A stretch of DNA of 64,000 nt from Vezdaea acicularis (lineage: Eukaryota). The notes beneath the pieces are model-generated. The model was not told the DNA's origin. It made no database searches and saw nothing but the letters and a program-made list of their open reading frames with translations. The translations under genes and the position numbers were made by a program. Location of the stretch: contig JAPEUI010000043.1 of NCBI GenBank assembly GCA_026025075.1, positions 1-64,000 on the forward strand, read 5' to 3'. This document shows, piece by piece, positions 22,082-33,962 of this stretch; position 1 is the first letter of the stretch; each line of letters opens with the position of its first letter.

Positions 22082-23343
22082 CTAAATAGCCATCTTCGCC
22101 AAAAACCCCATCAGCTGGTCCCCCTCCCCTTCTCGATCCAGGGCCTTCACCATCTCCTTCGCGCGCTCGCCGAGCGCCTCGATGACGTCGCGGGTATACG
22201 CGAAGCTGCCGACACGCTCCATGTAGGCGACGGCATAGCGCTTGACGTCCTCGTCGGTGGAGCGCTGGCGCAGAATATTGAGGAGTTGGAGATTGGCCGG
22301 GTCGGCGCGGACGGCGTGGATGATGGGAAAACTGAACTTGCCCTCGGTGAGGTCCTCGCAGAGGCCCTTGTTGGCGGCGTAGGCGGGGGAGCGGAGGTTG
22401 AGGTAGTCGTCGCGGATCTGGAAGAGCTGGCCGATGGTATTGACGAGGGGGACGAGGTCGCGGGGGGCGGATTCGGGGGTGCGTTCGGCCATCATGAGTT
22501 TGACGGCTAGTCGGAAGAGACCGCCGGTTTTGTTGCCGACCATTTCTAGGTAGTCGCTTTCGGTGGGACAGGTGAGGGTGTCGCGCCAGTAGAGCTCCAT
22601 GCCTTGCCCGCGGTGCAGGTTGAGCATCTCGTCGGTGTAGATGGAGATGGCGAGGGGGTTGGAGAGGGTGGAGAGGGAGCGGAGCGCGAGGATGTAGGTG
22701 TAGTTTGCGCTGTTGATCGTTTGGGCGACGCCGAAGATGGAGTGGGCGACGGGGATGCCGCGGCGGAGGAGGGAGGAGTCTTCGACGTCGTCGATGCTGG
22801 GGGGAGGGGAGGGCTGCGTTAGCTGGTGCTTAGGGGGGGGGAGAATCAAGAGAGAGTAAGGGGGCGGTATGAGGAAGGGGGGAGGAGTTACAGTAGGGAC
22901 GACGTGTGCAGCATCCCGACGACCTTCGTGATGACCTCCAGACTGCGCTCCGGCACCTTCAGCCACGCATTAAAGGCCGTGATCAGCTGCGACCGGATGT
23001 CCTTCCCGGGGTGCTCGAACAGATACTCAAACGGGCCCATGAGGATCTTCTCCTTCTCGGGCGACCACGAGCTGCCCTGCGAGGGCGGGTGAGGCATGCC
23101 GGAGCTGGAGCGGCGGCGGTGATGTCCACTCGTTGTCGGCGTGGCTGTCGTGGTCGTGAGGCTCGCGTTCCGGGAATGCGAAGGTTTCTTGCCCGATGAG
23201 ATCCAGTCTTCTTCCGGCAGCGATTGGAGGCCGGGCTTAAGGATTGCCTGGTTCAGCCCGTTCATGCCGGTGTTGGAGGAGGTGCGGGGAGGGATGGCGG
23301 TCGGCGATTGCGGGGACGATTGATGCTTTTCGGGGGTGGCCAT
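22082..23343 (-). CDS. Geranylgeranyl diphosphate synthase (al-3/BTS1 type); intron 22891-22797
   Basis: GKDIR, first aspartate-rich motif [15 protein letters not shown] (restored by splicing), [19 protein letters not shown], second motif [10 protein letters not shown] and [11 protein letters not shown]. Confidence 0.95.
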
Positions 23344-24050
23344 GTTGCGGATAGTGGATATGGAAGGTGCGCTCTTGCAGTAGAAGGCGCGGTTGAAGTC
23401 TCTCTAGGGACACTGTTCGAGGCAGCAGCAGCAGCAGCGCCGAGGTTCCACTAGCTAGAGAGGTCGATACGGGCACTTGCGTAGGCGAACGTAGTATGAA
23501 CGAGACGGCTACAGCACAGCTTCAGGCTAGCAGCGAGTCGGTGCGCCGAGTAGATCCATTTTCCAAGATGTTGTGACGCAGATGACAAGTTCGTCTCAAC
23601 TTGCGACTGCCTGGATTACGTAGATATTCTGGTCATGCGATGGAGTCGCGATTCTGCCTATGCCGCATCCATGCAAGAAGCGGCAGTACCCGTCTTCCTC
23701 GCTTCTCGGAGCACGGCTGATCACATGCGTCGCATCTCGAACCATCCAGGCCCTGAGGTCCACATATTCGAAGCCGGACTCTTACTTGCAGCATTAGAGA
23801 CTCTATATGGGATAAAGGCTGTGTCGAACATGTTGCGATCAGGCGCAACATGATTTAAGCTTGATTTACACCCCGGCATTTCTTCGTTCGTGATTTAGGT
23901 TGGAGCGTCGCCTAGCCAACAAGCGAAGTGTTGACTCGCGAAGTATCAAAGTGTCGAAGTGAACATGGCACGACGAATTGCTCAAAATATGACGACTTGA
24001 CGACCATTATGATATATCTCTAAGAAACCCACACCCTGATCTAAGCTGCA

Positions 24051-25113
24051 ATGGAGTCTCTTCTCTCCATGGCATTCGACTCTCTCTCCTCTGCAGACCC
24101 CCTCAAAGTCCGCAAGGGGCTGAGGCAAGTCGAGGGACTCCTCGCCCAGATATGCTTGGCCCGGGAGAAGGCCTCAGCATTACCGCGCCGAAGGTCGACC
24201 CAACTCTTGACTTCCAGTCAGGTGAAAGGGGGGAAAGAATTGAGTGCGCTGGTAGATGATCCAGCGTTCCTCGAATTCTTCAAGCTTCAGGAAGGCTTCG
24301 AATGGAACTGTATGCCCCCCCTTTTCTCGTCTCAACCTAACCTTGCTGCAACGCCTAGAGACTTTGACTGACTTTGATTACCAGTAACTCTCAGACTCAT
24401 CGGTACTCTGGAAAGACTGCTGGGAAAGAGCAACGGTAAGGGCATACTCGTGGCGGCAAATCGTACATTGAGGGAAACTCAACACCCAACCTCAGGTGGC
24501 CAGAACGACCTGATGATAATATCATGCCTAAACATCATGCACGGGCTCCTGCTCTTGCACCCCCCCTCACGAGCGCTCTTCGCTAGAGAAACCCACATGA
24601 TCGTGCGTAAAATCCTCCCCCCCCACCAAAGGCCATCTGAAGAAGGACATCTAACGCCAACCACAGCTCCTACTGGACCTCCTCGAGCCCGAGGCCTGTC
24701 CCGCGGTCCTCTCCTCGACGCTCCTCACCCTAGTCACTGCGCTCCTCGAAAACCCTCGCGCGGCCCGCTCATTCGAATCGTTGGACGGTCTCCTAACCAT
24801 CACATCCCTCTTCAAGACGCGCACCACGAACAAAGAAGTCAAGTTCAAGCTCCTGGAATTCATCTATTTCTACCTGATGCCAGAGACGCCCCACACCGTG
24901 AATAATGGCGACCTACTGACTGGTCTTTCGCGCAGCCCGAGCAAGTTGGGCGGGGCGCACAGCCGTGCGGCGGGCGGCCCGCAGAAGAAGCCGGAGGATC
25001 GCTCGACGAGGACCATCCAGGAGAAGCAGGCCATGCTTGGGAAGTATTTGAGTAATGTGGGACAGTTGGTGGATGACTTGCGAGCCAATGTGCCTTATGG
25101 TGGTGTCGTGTAG
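24051..25113 (+). CDS. Septation initiation network component, S. pombe Cdc14-like (not the Cdc14 phosphatase); 4 exons
   Basis: MESLLSMAFDSLSS...KVRKGLRQVEGLLAQICL, DPAFLEFFKLQEGFEWN, GLLLLHPPSRALF and EVKFKLLEFIYFYLMPE; three GT-AG introns join these in frame. Confidence 0.85.
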
Positions 25114-28100
25114 ATGCGACGGGGGCAACGGCGGTGTTGCATTGGGCGGGGTTGTTTTCTTTATTGGGCATGGAGTTATTTGCATAGAGATCACATCATA
25201 GGAGTAGTAAGGATAGAATATCTTTTACATTCTTTCTAAATGGCAGTAGGACTGTGATGACCAAGTGACGCGCGTAAGAACTCATCGCCAACTTGGGCTT
25301 TGCAAACACTCTTCACTAGTGTCACAGCTTCTGATGATAGCTCGTGAATTCTATAACTGCCATATTTTCGTGTTCATTTCCACGATCGTATCGCTACCGA
25401 AAGTTTCAAGAAGCTTTTTCGGAGGCTCGACTCGCCGTTTCGTGGTAGTTTATCGCACGACTCAAACTTCACGCTCTCGTCTGCATATAAGCCAAAGCAA
25501 CAAGCTAGTCGAAGGAAGAAAGGGAAGATTACACTCTCCACCTAACATCTAGGACTCCTTTACAGATCGTCTAAAGCTCGAGTTGAAGTGCAGCCCAACA
25601 CAAAGCTCAGGGATGGGGATGGGGATGTCGTGGTGATGTACTGGTGGGAAAGGAGAGCTTGCGCAAGTTAGTTCGAGGAGGAGTTGGTGGCCTCCTGAGT
25701 ACGTCAAAGGGAGAAAGGCGACTATGCCCTCTTACATATTCGAAATTTATTGCGTCGGAGGGTTACTCCTCGTCTTCCCTATACTTATCGGGGCCCTTTC
25801 CGGTTTGTTTTTCTTGACTTCGTCCTGCTGACCTTGTAAGACCTTGTGGTCATCTTCTTGATCAAAACGCCGTCGCATATCGAAACGGTCAGGAGCAGCA
25901 ATATTAATGCGTCGGACTGCCCTTTTCTGGAGCTCTGAATGCCTCGGGGCCGAGGTTTCTTTGTTGACACGCAGACAATACTGCTGCCTAAAAGCTGACA
26001 GATTGTCGCCACCCTCAGAACTGGCCACGGTGTTCCTTCATTACTAATCTGCAGTATAGCAATCATCTAGATACATTTATTAGATGAGAAGTGAAGCTAT
26101 GCTCGAGGCAGTTGTTTCTGTACATTAGCTCGGACTTAAAGGGGGAGGAGACTCACACCATATCATCGTCTTGGTCGGAGATGGAGAATAGTCGGTGAAA
26201 CATGAGCTCTAGCATAGCTCGCAAGTTGCCTGAAAATTGACTCATTCAACGTGAATTTTACTAATCGGATGAGCTAAGATATGCCAACAACGCAATTTGG
26301 GGCCCAATATAGTTGAGGCTGAGGGTGAGATATCCATGAAAGGGAATTTGGGGCGACGCGTTGTCCTTAAGCTACAGACCTTCGGACACATCTAACGCCC
26401 TACTGTTCTTCGTTTAGCAGGCAGACTTTTTGCGCAGCGTGTATGGTGTAGGAGTGTTTCGTTGTACCGGTAGTCCTCCGTTGTCCCGGCAGGGGCTGCT
26501 AAAGAGCGGTGTATAACCTTTCAAATGTGAGGATCTGGAATCTGATACTCTCCGAATGTGCTAGTCACGCGTGATAGTTAACTTTCAAGTGCAATATGAC
26601 CTTAGTGAGGCGGATAACTGTGCTAGGCCCCTTGCATCCCATGCTAAGTATGATCCCCCACCGCCAAGCACCGTCAGTCAAGGGTCGGAACGACATCGAC
26701 GGCGATATTGCTACGGGCTTCTTTTTCTTGTACGGCACTAAGACTCAAGGACTTTGTTTCCAGAAGTCTTGCTTTGGTAGTCTTATTTGACGATGATGAG
26801 ATAGTCGCGGTGCAAGCCCTAGGCCTCATCCCAGAAGCTTCCTCAGAGGAGGCGTTGCTTTTATGCGCAGATTTTGCCACTCGTTCGGACGATTATTTCT
26901 TTTGTCCGACAATCACAGGACTAAAAATCAATCTCAAACAATCAAATTTTGCAAAGGGTCTGTACTTGAGAGAAGCAACACTCCTAAATTCCTGACCAAA
27001 GGGGTTTCGAGTATATGAGCCCGTCAAGGCTTTGAAAGAAGGCGGCACGTAAGCATCTCGTTACAGTTTAGACACCATATAGTATCTCAAGAAGATGCAT
27101 CTAGAGCGATGAGATTGAGAAGTGAAGGCAAGAAAGGGGGTTGCTGCCTAACAAGCAGGCAGCTTCCTTGCGTACACCTACTGAGAATTGCGGTGGGGAG
27201 ATGGGTATTCACATCCCCGCTAGCTCTGCTCAGTAGGAGGCCATTTGATTCAAAGTAACAGAAAACGAGGCGAATACGGTAGATAGAAGACCGGCCATGC
27301 CGTGGTCGTGCAGGCGCTGCACATGATTCTCAAGCGTATAGCTCCATCCAAAACCGCCCGACGCCTGGAGATTGCTCCTTGCGCAAACCCCCCCCGGAAA
27401 TGGTGGCACGAATGAAGATCATTGCGGCTTGCAGAGAGGCCAGGCTTAATGGGACGAAAACATAGGTGAGCTCGAGGGATGCGTCATGCTGCAGCACTGA
27501 AGCCTTCTCGCATAAAGGAGCGCGTCTGCCGCGGAGTCATGCTCGATACGTTGTTTTGAACCTATAGATCGTAGGGCGGCATCATATAACTGGGCTACTA
27601 ATTCATACACCATCCTAGTGGGGGTTTGCGGTCAGGTAGCTGCTAGATGCGGAATCCTCTGATCGAATTATCGACGATCTACTCCTAGTGTTTGAAAATG
27701 AGAGCGAGAACCGGAAGGGTGTGGGGCCGGCTTGGCTAAGGCGTTCTCTGGCCTTAGAGATCCGGCATGATTTGGTAGAGACCGCTGAAAGTGTCATCTA
27801 CCCCCTAGATGTTACGCTGCTACCAGTCGTGAAGGATGGGACACATAGCCACCAGGATCAGCTTGCCATTGTGGAGGGTGAATGCCACACTGCGAGCAAG
27901 TGGCTTACGCATATCCAAGTCGGTAGGAGAGAAATTTGGATCCCGGCAAGGACCTCACGCCCTCAGCCTCCAGAGCTGAAACCTATCTCACTTATGAGTA
28001 ACTAGAAATATGAAACTTAGGGCGCACTAATTGGTTAGGACGATTGGTTTCTGCTGCGCTGCTTCTACTCTAAGTTCCGAAGAGCTAGTAGCTCAACGAG

Positions 28101-29278
28101 CAGGGCCTGTTTGCTCACACAGGATCGGTCCTCTTATCCTTAAGGCTGCATGTATCGACTGAGTAACCTAGGTCGAATAGAGTTTAGTACGACGTGTGAT
28201 CAAGAGAGATGTTAGTAGTCTCAACATGACACTCAAGGTGCTTCGGCCATTTAGTGAATGTTCCTTATCGCAATGCTAGAATAACGGTATATTTCAAGGT
28301 AATTCGTATTGTCGATCTGGCGCCGACTAGCATTGAAGTGGCAGAGCAACCATCTCTCGCCAGCACACCCTAAAAGGTCCACTGGCGTTTCTGCCATGCT
28401 GTCAAATGGGGCTGTCTCCTTTCCTCCGTAGCGGCTGGATTTTGGTGACTGACGATAGGATCAGTGGAGACGGCAGCAGACCCGCCGCTGGTTATAGTCC
28501 TCTAGAGCCGAATAAACTCATCACTCAATACTCATCCGCATTGATTCTGAAGAAGGATCCAACCAGGAAAGCTTCGCCTTGCAGTTAGGCATTAATGTAG
28601 CTAAGGCGCATAGAGGCTGGCCAATTCGCGAGCACACAAAATGCTCAACTTGCATACATACGAGCGTAGGAACCCATGGCTTGCTCATGGCCTGAGATAT
28701 GTCGGACAGCTTGTCCCGGCGATGCCTAACATCGTACTGTTTGACAGAACGGGAGAGATTCTCCATGGGCGATCACTTCCTATCTTATACTCGAGGTCTC
28801 ATGGAACGCCTTTTTTTCCTTGTACGATTGAACCCTGAACACGGCGTAATGTGCACCGATCAGCGATCAAAAAATCAGCAGCATGTAATCGATGCAGTTG
28901 ATCGCGGGCAGGTTGATGGAAGAAGCTTGAGGCGTCCAAAGTTCGTTCGCGTACGGTGAGTGGCCACTAGCGCCAGCTGTGTGTCCTTTTCTCGAATCGC
29001 TTCCGCCGCCCCGTCAGCCTCGCTCGCTCGCCCGCAACGCCCCACGCCGGGTGTCGGAAGTCCACCCCCCCCCCTGGAGAGCTCACAAGGATGAGCCACA
29101 GGGCATTGGAGCACTGGGTAATGCCTCAATGTCCTCGAGGTTCAAGGCTGTCTGCCAGAATCTTATTTATATGGTCTTCTTCCCTGCGTAATTAGAATAT
29201 TCATCTCTGGCAAACATATATAACAAAAGGGCATTGCAAATACAGTCTGTTCGGAACCTACTTAACGCCTTCAGTGAA

Positions 29279-29755
29279 ATGTCCTCACAAGCCTTCACCA
29301 ACACCATGTCACTGCCTTCAGAAACCTATTTTGTCCCAGGTTTTGGCATCTCAAGACAGGTCTTGCAGAACACCATATGTTACTACCTGGGACCTGCCGC
29401 ATTCGTGCGGCCGTACGTGCACCAGGTAAGCTCACGAATTAGCATCCCTTGACCGATCAGAACTGAGAAAGGCGTCGCAGGGTCGAGACGGATTTCTGGT
29501 ATCCTGCCCACCAGGCCAGAGGCCACTGACAAAGGTACGTTCTTGAAGTGGTCCCGCCATCAATGAATGGAATTTATTGATTATTATTAGCGTCAATTGG
29601 ATGACATTTGTGAGGCGTCCAAGGAATGGGAACGGCAAGAGAGCGCCCGAATGATCCAAGATGCGGTCGAAGATGAAGAGATGTACATAAATCGCCCCAT
29701 CCAGATACGTTCGAGAGATCCTAGAGAAGGCAGAAGCTCCAGGAGAGGCCGGTAG
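29279..29755 (+). CDS. Small (about 121 aa) RfeG-like conserved fungal protein; 3 exons
   Basis: Exons 29279-29425, 29481-29534 and 29591-29755, with phase-0 GT-AG introns, give YFVPGFGISRQVLQNTICYYLGPAAFVRPYVHQGRDGFLVSCPPGQRPLTKRQLDDICEASKEWERQ. This resembles the N-terminal domain of Aspergillus RfeG-type proteins (from memory). Confidence 0.7.
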
Positions 29756-32033
29756 TGAACTGCCTGACGTCGAATGATCTCGCACTTAAATAAAACACCG
29801 CATGACTGCTTCCCTCTCCCAAGTATCTGGGATGAAAAGCCATACAGAAAATGTGTATGGAGAAGATGCTGATAGAGTCGATATGATGTTTAGAGGAGAC
29901 GATCGGGACTGTGGTGCTAATGGCGTCGGCAAGCTTGGGATTGCAAATTGCTGAGGTCCTGGATTGCATGCATAGTTTGGAGATTCTGGCAATTTGAGGA
30001 TTCTGTTTTGATTCTGTCGATATCCTGTCATCGCTACCTCTGTCTGCTCAATCTTGTTGATATCCAACTATCGTTCCTTTCTACACGTGTCACAATTAGC
30101 GCCAAGGAAGGTTCACAATGAATCCACTCATTCTTTGGATATTATTGACAAGGCTGACCGCATTTTCTTCCAGAAGACCGAAGAGCCGTTTGAGACTGTC
30201 CTGTGAAAGATGCACTGCAACCATTTTGGTAGTAGAGGCAACACGCCACATGTCGTAGCCGACTGCGCTGAGCCCCATATCGTCGAGGCTTTCCGCCACA
30301 AACAAGGCAAGAAACAAGCAACAAATTGGAAGATGGAGTCAGGGAAGATGGCGGTACTAGACTAGAGACTAGTCCATTGAGTATCGCAAGCTGAACTGTA
30401 GAATCGAATAGTAACTCGGAGATATTCGGGCAAGGCTGGGCTTCGCAGAAGGAACATGACTTCCCATTCTCGCCCTGGCAGGCTAAAAGGGGGCAAAAAC
30501 AACATCTCAAACCACGCATAGTATAACAAAGAAAGGATGAGTCAAATAAAATCAAGCTGAAGCCTGACAGTGAAAGCTTTTGCAAGCCTTTGCTAGGCCA
30601 CCAAAAAGCACGAAGAGAGCGCGGCCCGTAACCCCGTATTTGTAGCGAGAGTGGATCGCCATCGCGAAGCCCTATTTCGGCAACGATCGCCAGCCTTAAA
30701 ACGCTGCAGCGGTGAGGTTCTTTTCGGAACGCCATTTGGCGCCATCAACCGAGTTTGTGGAAGTCCGAGATCCTTCAATGAGGAACGCAGCTAATGCAGG
30801 ACAGCATACGGCGGAGGACAACTCGGTACCAACATTCGGGGAGTTCCTGGTGTGGCGAAGAGCCGCTTCACACTGACGCCCGGTTCCTTACGTACGGCAT
30901 CAGCCCCAAGCGCCACAGTATGCTTTATTCTTGGTCAGAGCTAAGCAAGCTTTTCGCTGACCGAATCTGCCTGCTGTACTGCCGTGCGTAGTGTCAGCCC
31001 CCTTCGTCTCCAGCACAAAGGATGTCCTCTGCGGCAATGAGTCCGCCCTATCATGCCTGTAGTCGACGGGTCCGGTTGAGACAGATCAGACTGCGCGTTG
31101 TGTTGCATGTGGATGAGACTAAAAGGTCCACAACATCACTCAAGACGTGATGAGACAACGATTGCCAGATTCTCACGTGCCTTCTCAGCAGGAATCCCCT
31201 GTCTGCTCTAGCAGACCTCCTTCATGGACAACTCGATGAGCTATCCCTTGAAGTGCCCTTCGAAGCTTCTTTCCTGGCTGCTTGCAGCTGCTTCACTCTC
31301 ACCTCTTACTTCGAGAGAAAGTTCTCTCCTATCTCTTACTCCGAGTGCAAGTTCTCTTCTCTCTGTTCACTTTCCTTTTTGGGAATCTTTGAAAACCTTC
31401 GTTCAAAGACATTTCTTCAAGAACAATATCAAGAATTGTTCACTGTATTTACTGCTTTATTCCAACGCATGGCGTTGTTCACGCTTGTTGATCATCCTAT
31501 TCCATCCCTAAGATAGTGCGCAAAGCATATTTGTACCTGGTTGCTTCGGCAAGATGAGGCCTCCCTCTTAGAACATGACAACAAACACAACCTCATAGCA
31601 CGCCAGAACATTCTCGTCAAACCACATCGCTAAAGCCACGTGATGGTCTGTTTTGAAAGATCACAGTCCCATAAACTATTGCTCGATCAGCTGTGCACAG
31701 AGCTTCAAAGCTTCCATTCGCTCCTTTGCTGTCTCTTAATCTTTTATCCACGTATACCTCTGCGTATACCGATGGTTTCACGGAGTTCACATTTCATCAC
31801 AGCTGTTCTCTCATAGTTTCTAGCTCATGCTAGAACTTGTCTCTCCTCTTTCCTTCGTCTTTCTCATAAACTCATCAGCAAGCTTACTACCACAAACGTA
31901 TCTTGCCTTGTGTGGATACGCAAGCTCAGGGATATCATCAGGCATATCATTTCTGAGCAATTATCACACGCTAAGATCGATAGGTCTCTCGCTGGAAGTC
32001 ATTTCGTCGTCCTCTCGCAAGCAAAGGTCACAA

Positions 32034-33503
32034 ATGGCTTCACCAAGACCGTCCATTAATCCACTATCACCATCTGTTGGGTCTCTACCACCACCTCTTC
32101 CCCCTCGCCGCCGTGTAGCCAGCGAGCCACCTCTCAGCAGCATTGAGCAAGCACCCACGCCCTCTCCGCGCCAAAAGAGCTTCAGCCTCTCCCTCAAGGA
32201 TGACCCCGGCCTCACAAATAAGGTGTACCACCGACATTCCCTGACACGAGATCGCAGCCCTTCAAACCCCTTTGCTGCTAACTTCTTCGACTCTGCGGCC
32301 AGCATGACCCCCTCTCCAACCCGCCCGCCCAGGTCCTCCGATAGTGAAATCCTCGCCATCTTCGATGCACCGGATATCGACATTGACGCAACAGAAGCCA
32401 ATCGTACCACTGCTGACACCACCCCGGCGGAACCACCGAAAACGCCAACGCTTGCTACGCGCCGCTTAAACATCACGCCGAATTTGAGCCTGAGTCGGCC
32501 ATTTATGTCCGTTTATGGCGCACGTTCAGGTGTAGTAGGGCGGGCGCCTCAGCTGGTCGTTCCGCCGCCTGCTGATGACTCTGACTCTAACTTGGGTGGC
32601 GAGAGAAGTGCTCCGAGTACTGGGTATTTTGGTACTACTGCGGCTGCTATGAGTGCTCAGGGTGCAGCGACTGCTGCTACGACCACGAAGATGGCAGCTT
32701 CGGCAAGTGATGCTTTGCTAACCGCCCAATTTGACCATGTGCCTTCACGTTCTGGGTCACGATCACTCGCGCGCACTTCCTCTGGCTTTGTTGAATCGCC
32801 CACCACTAGCACGACCTCATCTCGCACAACCAGTACTGACTCCCTTGCAGCCGGGCCAGCCAGCCTCTCATCTCCGCACGGCAGTTGGCTAGTCAACGAC
32901 CACGGCGTTGTGAAGTGGTCCTCTTGTGGAAGGCGCTCACCGAGAACCCCTAGAGGTACCAGAAGTCCTCGCAGTCCGCAATCTCCAGCTGGACAGATAG
33001 CTGCAGCTTTCCTAGGACAATGGACGAGGGAAGGCGGGGAAAGGCTGAGTCCGAAGCAAGGTGAAGGTCTGGAGCGGGATCTTGAGGGCTTGACATTTGG
33101 GAAACCGGGAACTGGCGAGAAACGAGAGAGGGTCAAGGATGCTGGAGCATGTGAAGGTGGAAAAGACGGTAAGAAGGGAGCGTCGATGGGACAAGCTGGG
33201 AAAAAGGAGGACGATGGAAAGGCCAAGCAGAAGCCACCCCGCAAGCCAACCCTCATCAGCAATGATAACACATATTTTCCCACATTGCCCACCATTCCAC
33301 CTACTGCTGTCGACAAGCCTGGCGCAGAAAGTGATTGGGGTCTCGGAGAGAAAGAGGGAGGTGAGAAATGGGATACGGCTACGAGCCCAGAGGAGGGCGA
33401 CCCAAAGGGAAAGGACAAGCTCTCAGCCGTGGCTACGGATGTGAAGAGGGCATGCGAGGAATATGTTGGGTGGGGGGATGAAGAGGAACAGACGTGGATT
33501 TAA
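32034..33503 (+). CDS. Hypothetical Ser/Pro/Thr-rich, probably disordered protein
   Basis: Long uninterrupted ORF (open from 31827; ATG at 32034 preferred); many SP/TP sites and no recognisable domain. Confidence 0.6.
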   Translation: MASPRPSINPLSPSVGSLPPPLPPRRRVASEPPLSSIEQAPTPSPRQKSFSLSLKDDPGLTNKVYHRHSLTRDRSPSNPFAANFFDSAASMTPSPTRPPRSSDSEILAIFDAPDIDIDATEANRTTADTTPAEPPKTPTLATRRLNITPNLSLSRPFMSVYGARSGVVGRAPQLVVPPPADDSDSNLGGERSAPSTGYFGTTAAAMSAQGAATAATTTKMAASASDALLTAQFDHVPSRSGSRSLARTSSGFVESPTTSTTSSRTTSTDSLAAGPASLSSPHGSWLVNDHGVVKWSSCGRRSPRTPRGTRSPRSPQSPAGQIAAAFLGQWTREGGERLSPKQGEGLERDLEGLTFGKPGTGEKRERVKDAGACEGGKDGKKGASMGQAGKKEDDGKAKQKPPRKPTLISNDNTYFPTLPTIPPTAVDKPGAESDWGLGEKEGGEKWDTATSPEEGDPKGKDKLSAVATDVKRACEEYVGWGDEEEQTWI

Positions 33504-33575
33504 CGGAAGGAAGGTAAACTGGACTGGCTAGACTGGTTGCTATTGGATTGCTTGGGCACTGGTATGAATCGTCTC

Positions 33576-33685
33576 GCATAGCATCAAGGGAGTCTTGGCA
33601 TGGCATCAAGGAAGCTTCAGCATAGCATCAGCGGAGTCTCAGCACAGCCTTAGCAAAGTCTTAGCTTAGTCTCAAGGTAGTATTA
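33576..33685. repeat. Degenerate 22-bp tandem repeat, 5 copies
   Basis: GCATAGCATCAAGGGAGTCTTG / GCATGGCATCAAGGAAGCTTCA / GCATAGCATCAGCGGAGTCTCA / GCACAGCCTTAGCAAAGTCTTA / GCTTAGTCTCAAGGTAGTATTA. Confidence 0.75.
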
Positions 33686-33962
33686 GCTAGTTTAGGGTAG
33701 CATAGCATAGGGTAATGGTATCAGTGGAGGGCACAGGCCGGCATATGGATCGCTTGCCACTCATCCACTCCTACATTTTCATGCACTTCATGCGCTTTTC
33801 TGCACGTAGAAAGTCTAAACCCACTTTGGGTGGTTGACTGAGTTTTTGACCGTTCTATAAGGTAAAGGGGCAGTATAAGGACAGTCTAATAAGCGCCGTT
33901 CGCCAGATATGCTCCGCACCCTTGAGCTTGGAAACGCTTCTATAGAATTAGTAGAGCACCAG

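Noticed and set aside
22082..22966. 294-aa ORF reading through the GGPP synthase intron as a possible alternative isoform
   Set aside because: It starts at a GTG in another frame and translates a low-complexity intron; normal splicing restores the conserved LLIDD motif.
19033..25113. GGPP synthase as the core of a terpenoid biosynthetic cluster
   Set aside because: No cyclase, P450, prenyltransferase or transporter nearby; neighbours are housekeeping or regulatory genes, so this is probably the primary-metabolism copy.
24051..25113. Calling this gene the Cdc14 phosphatase
   Set aside because: No HCxxGxxR catalytic motif; it matches the unrelated fission-yeast SIN component of the same name.
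33576..33685. CRISPR-like array
   Set aside because: Units are contiguous with no unique spacers, there are no cas genes, and the genome is eukaryotic.
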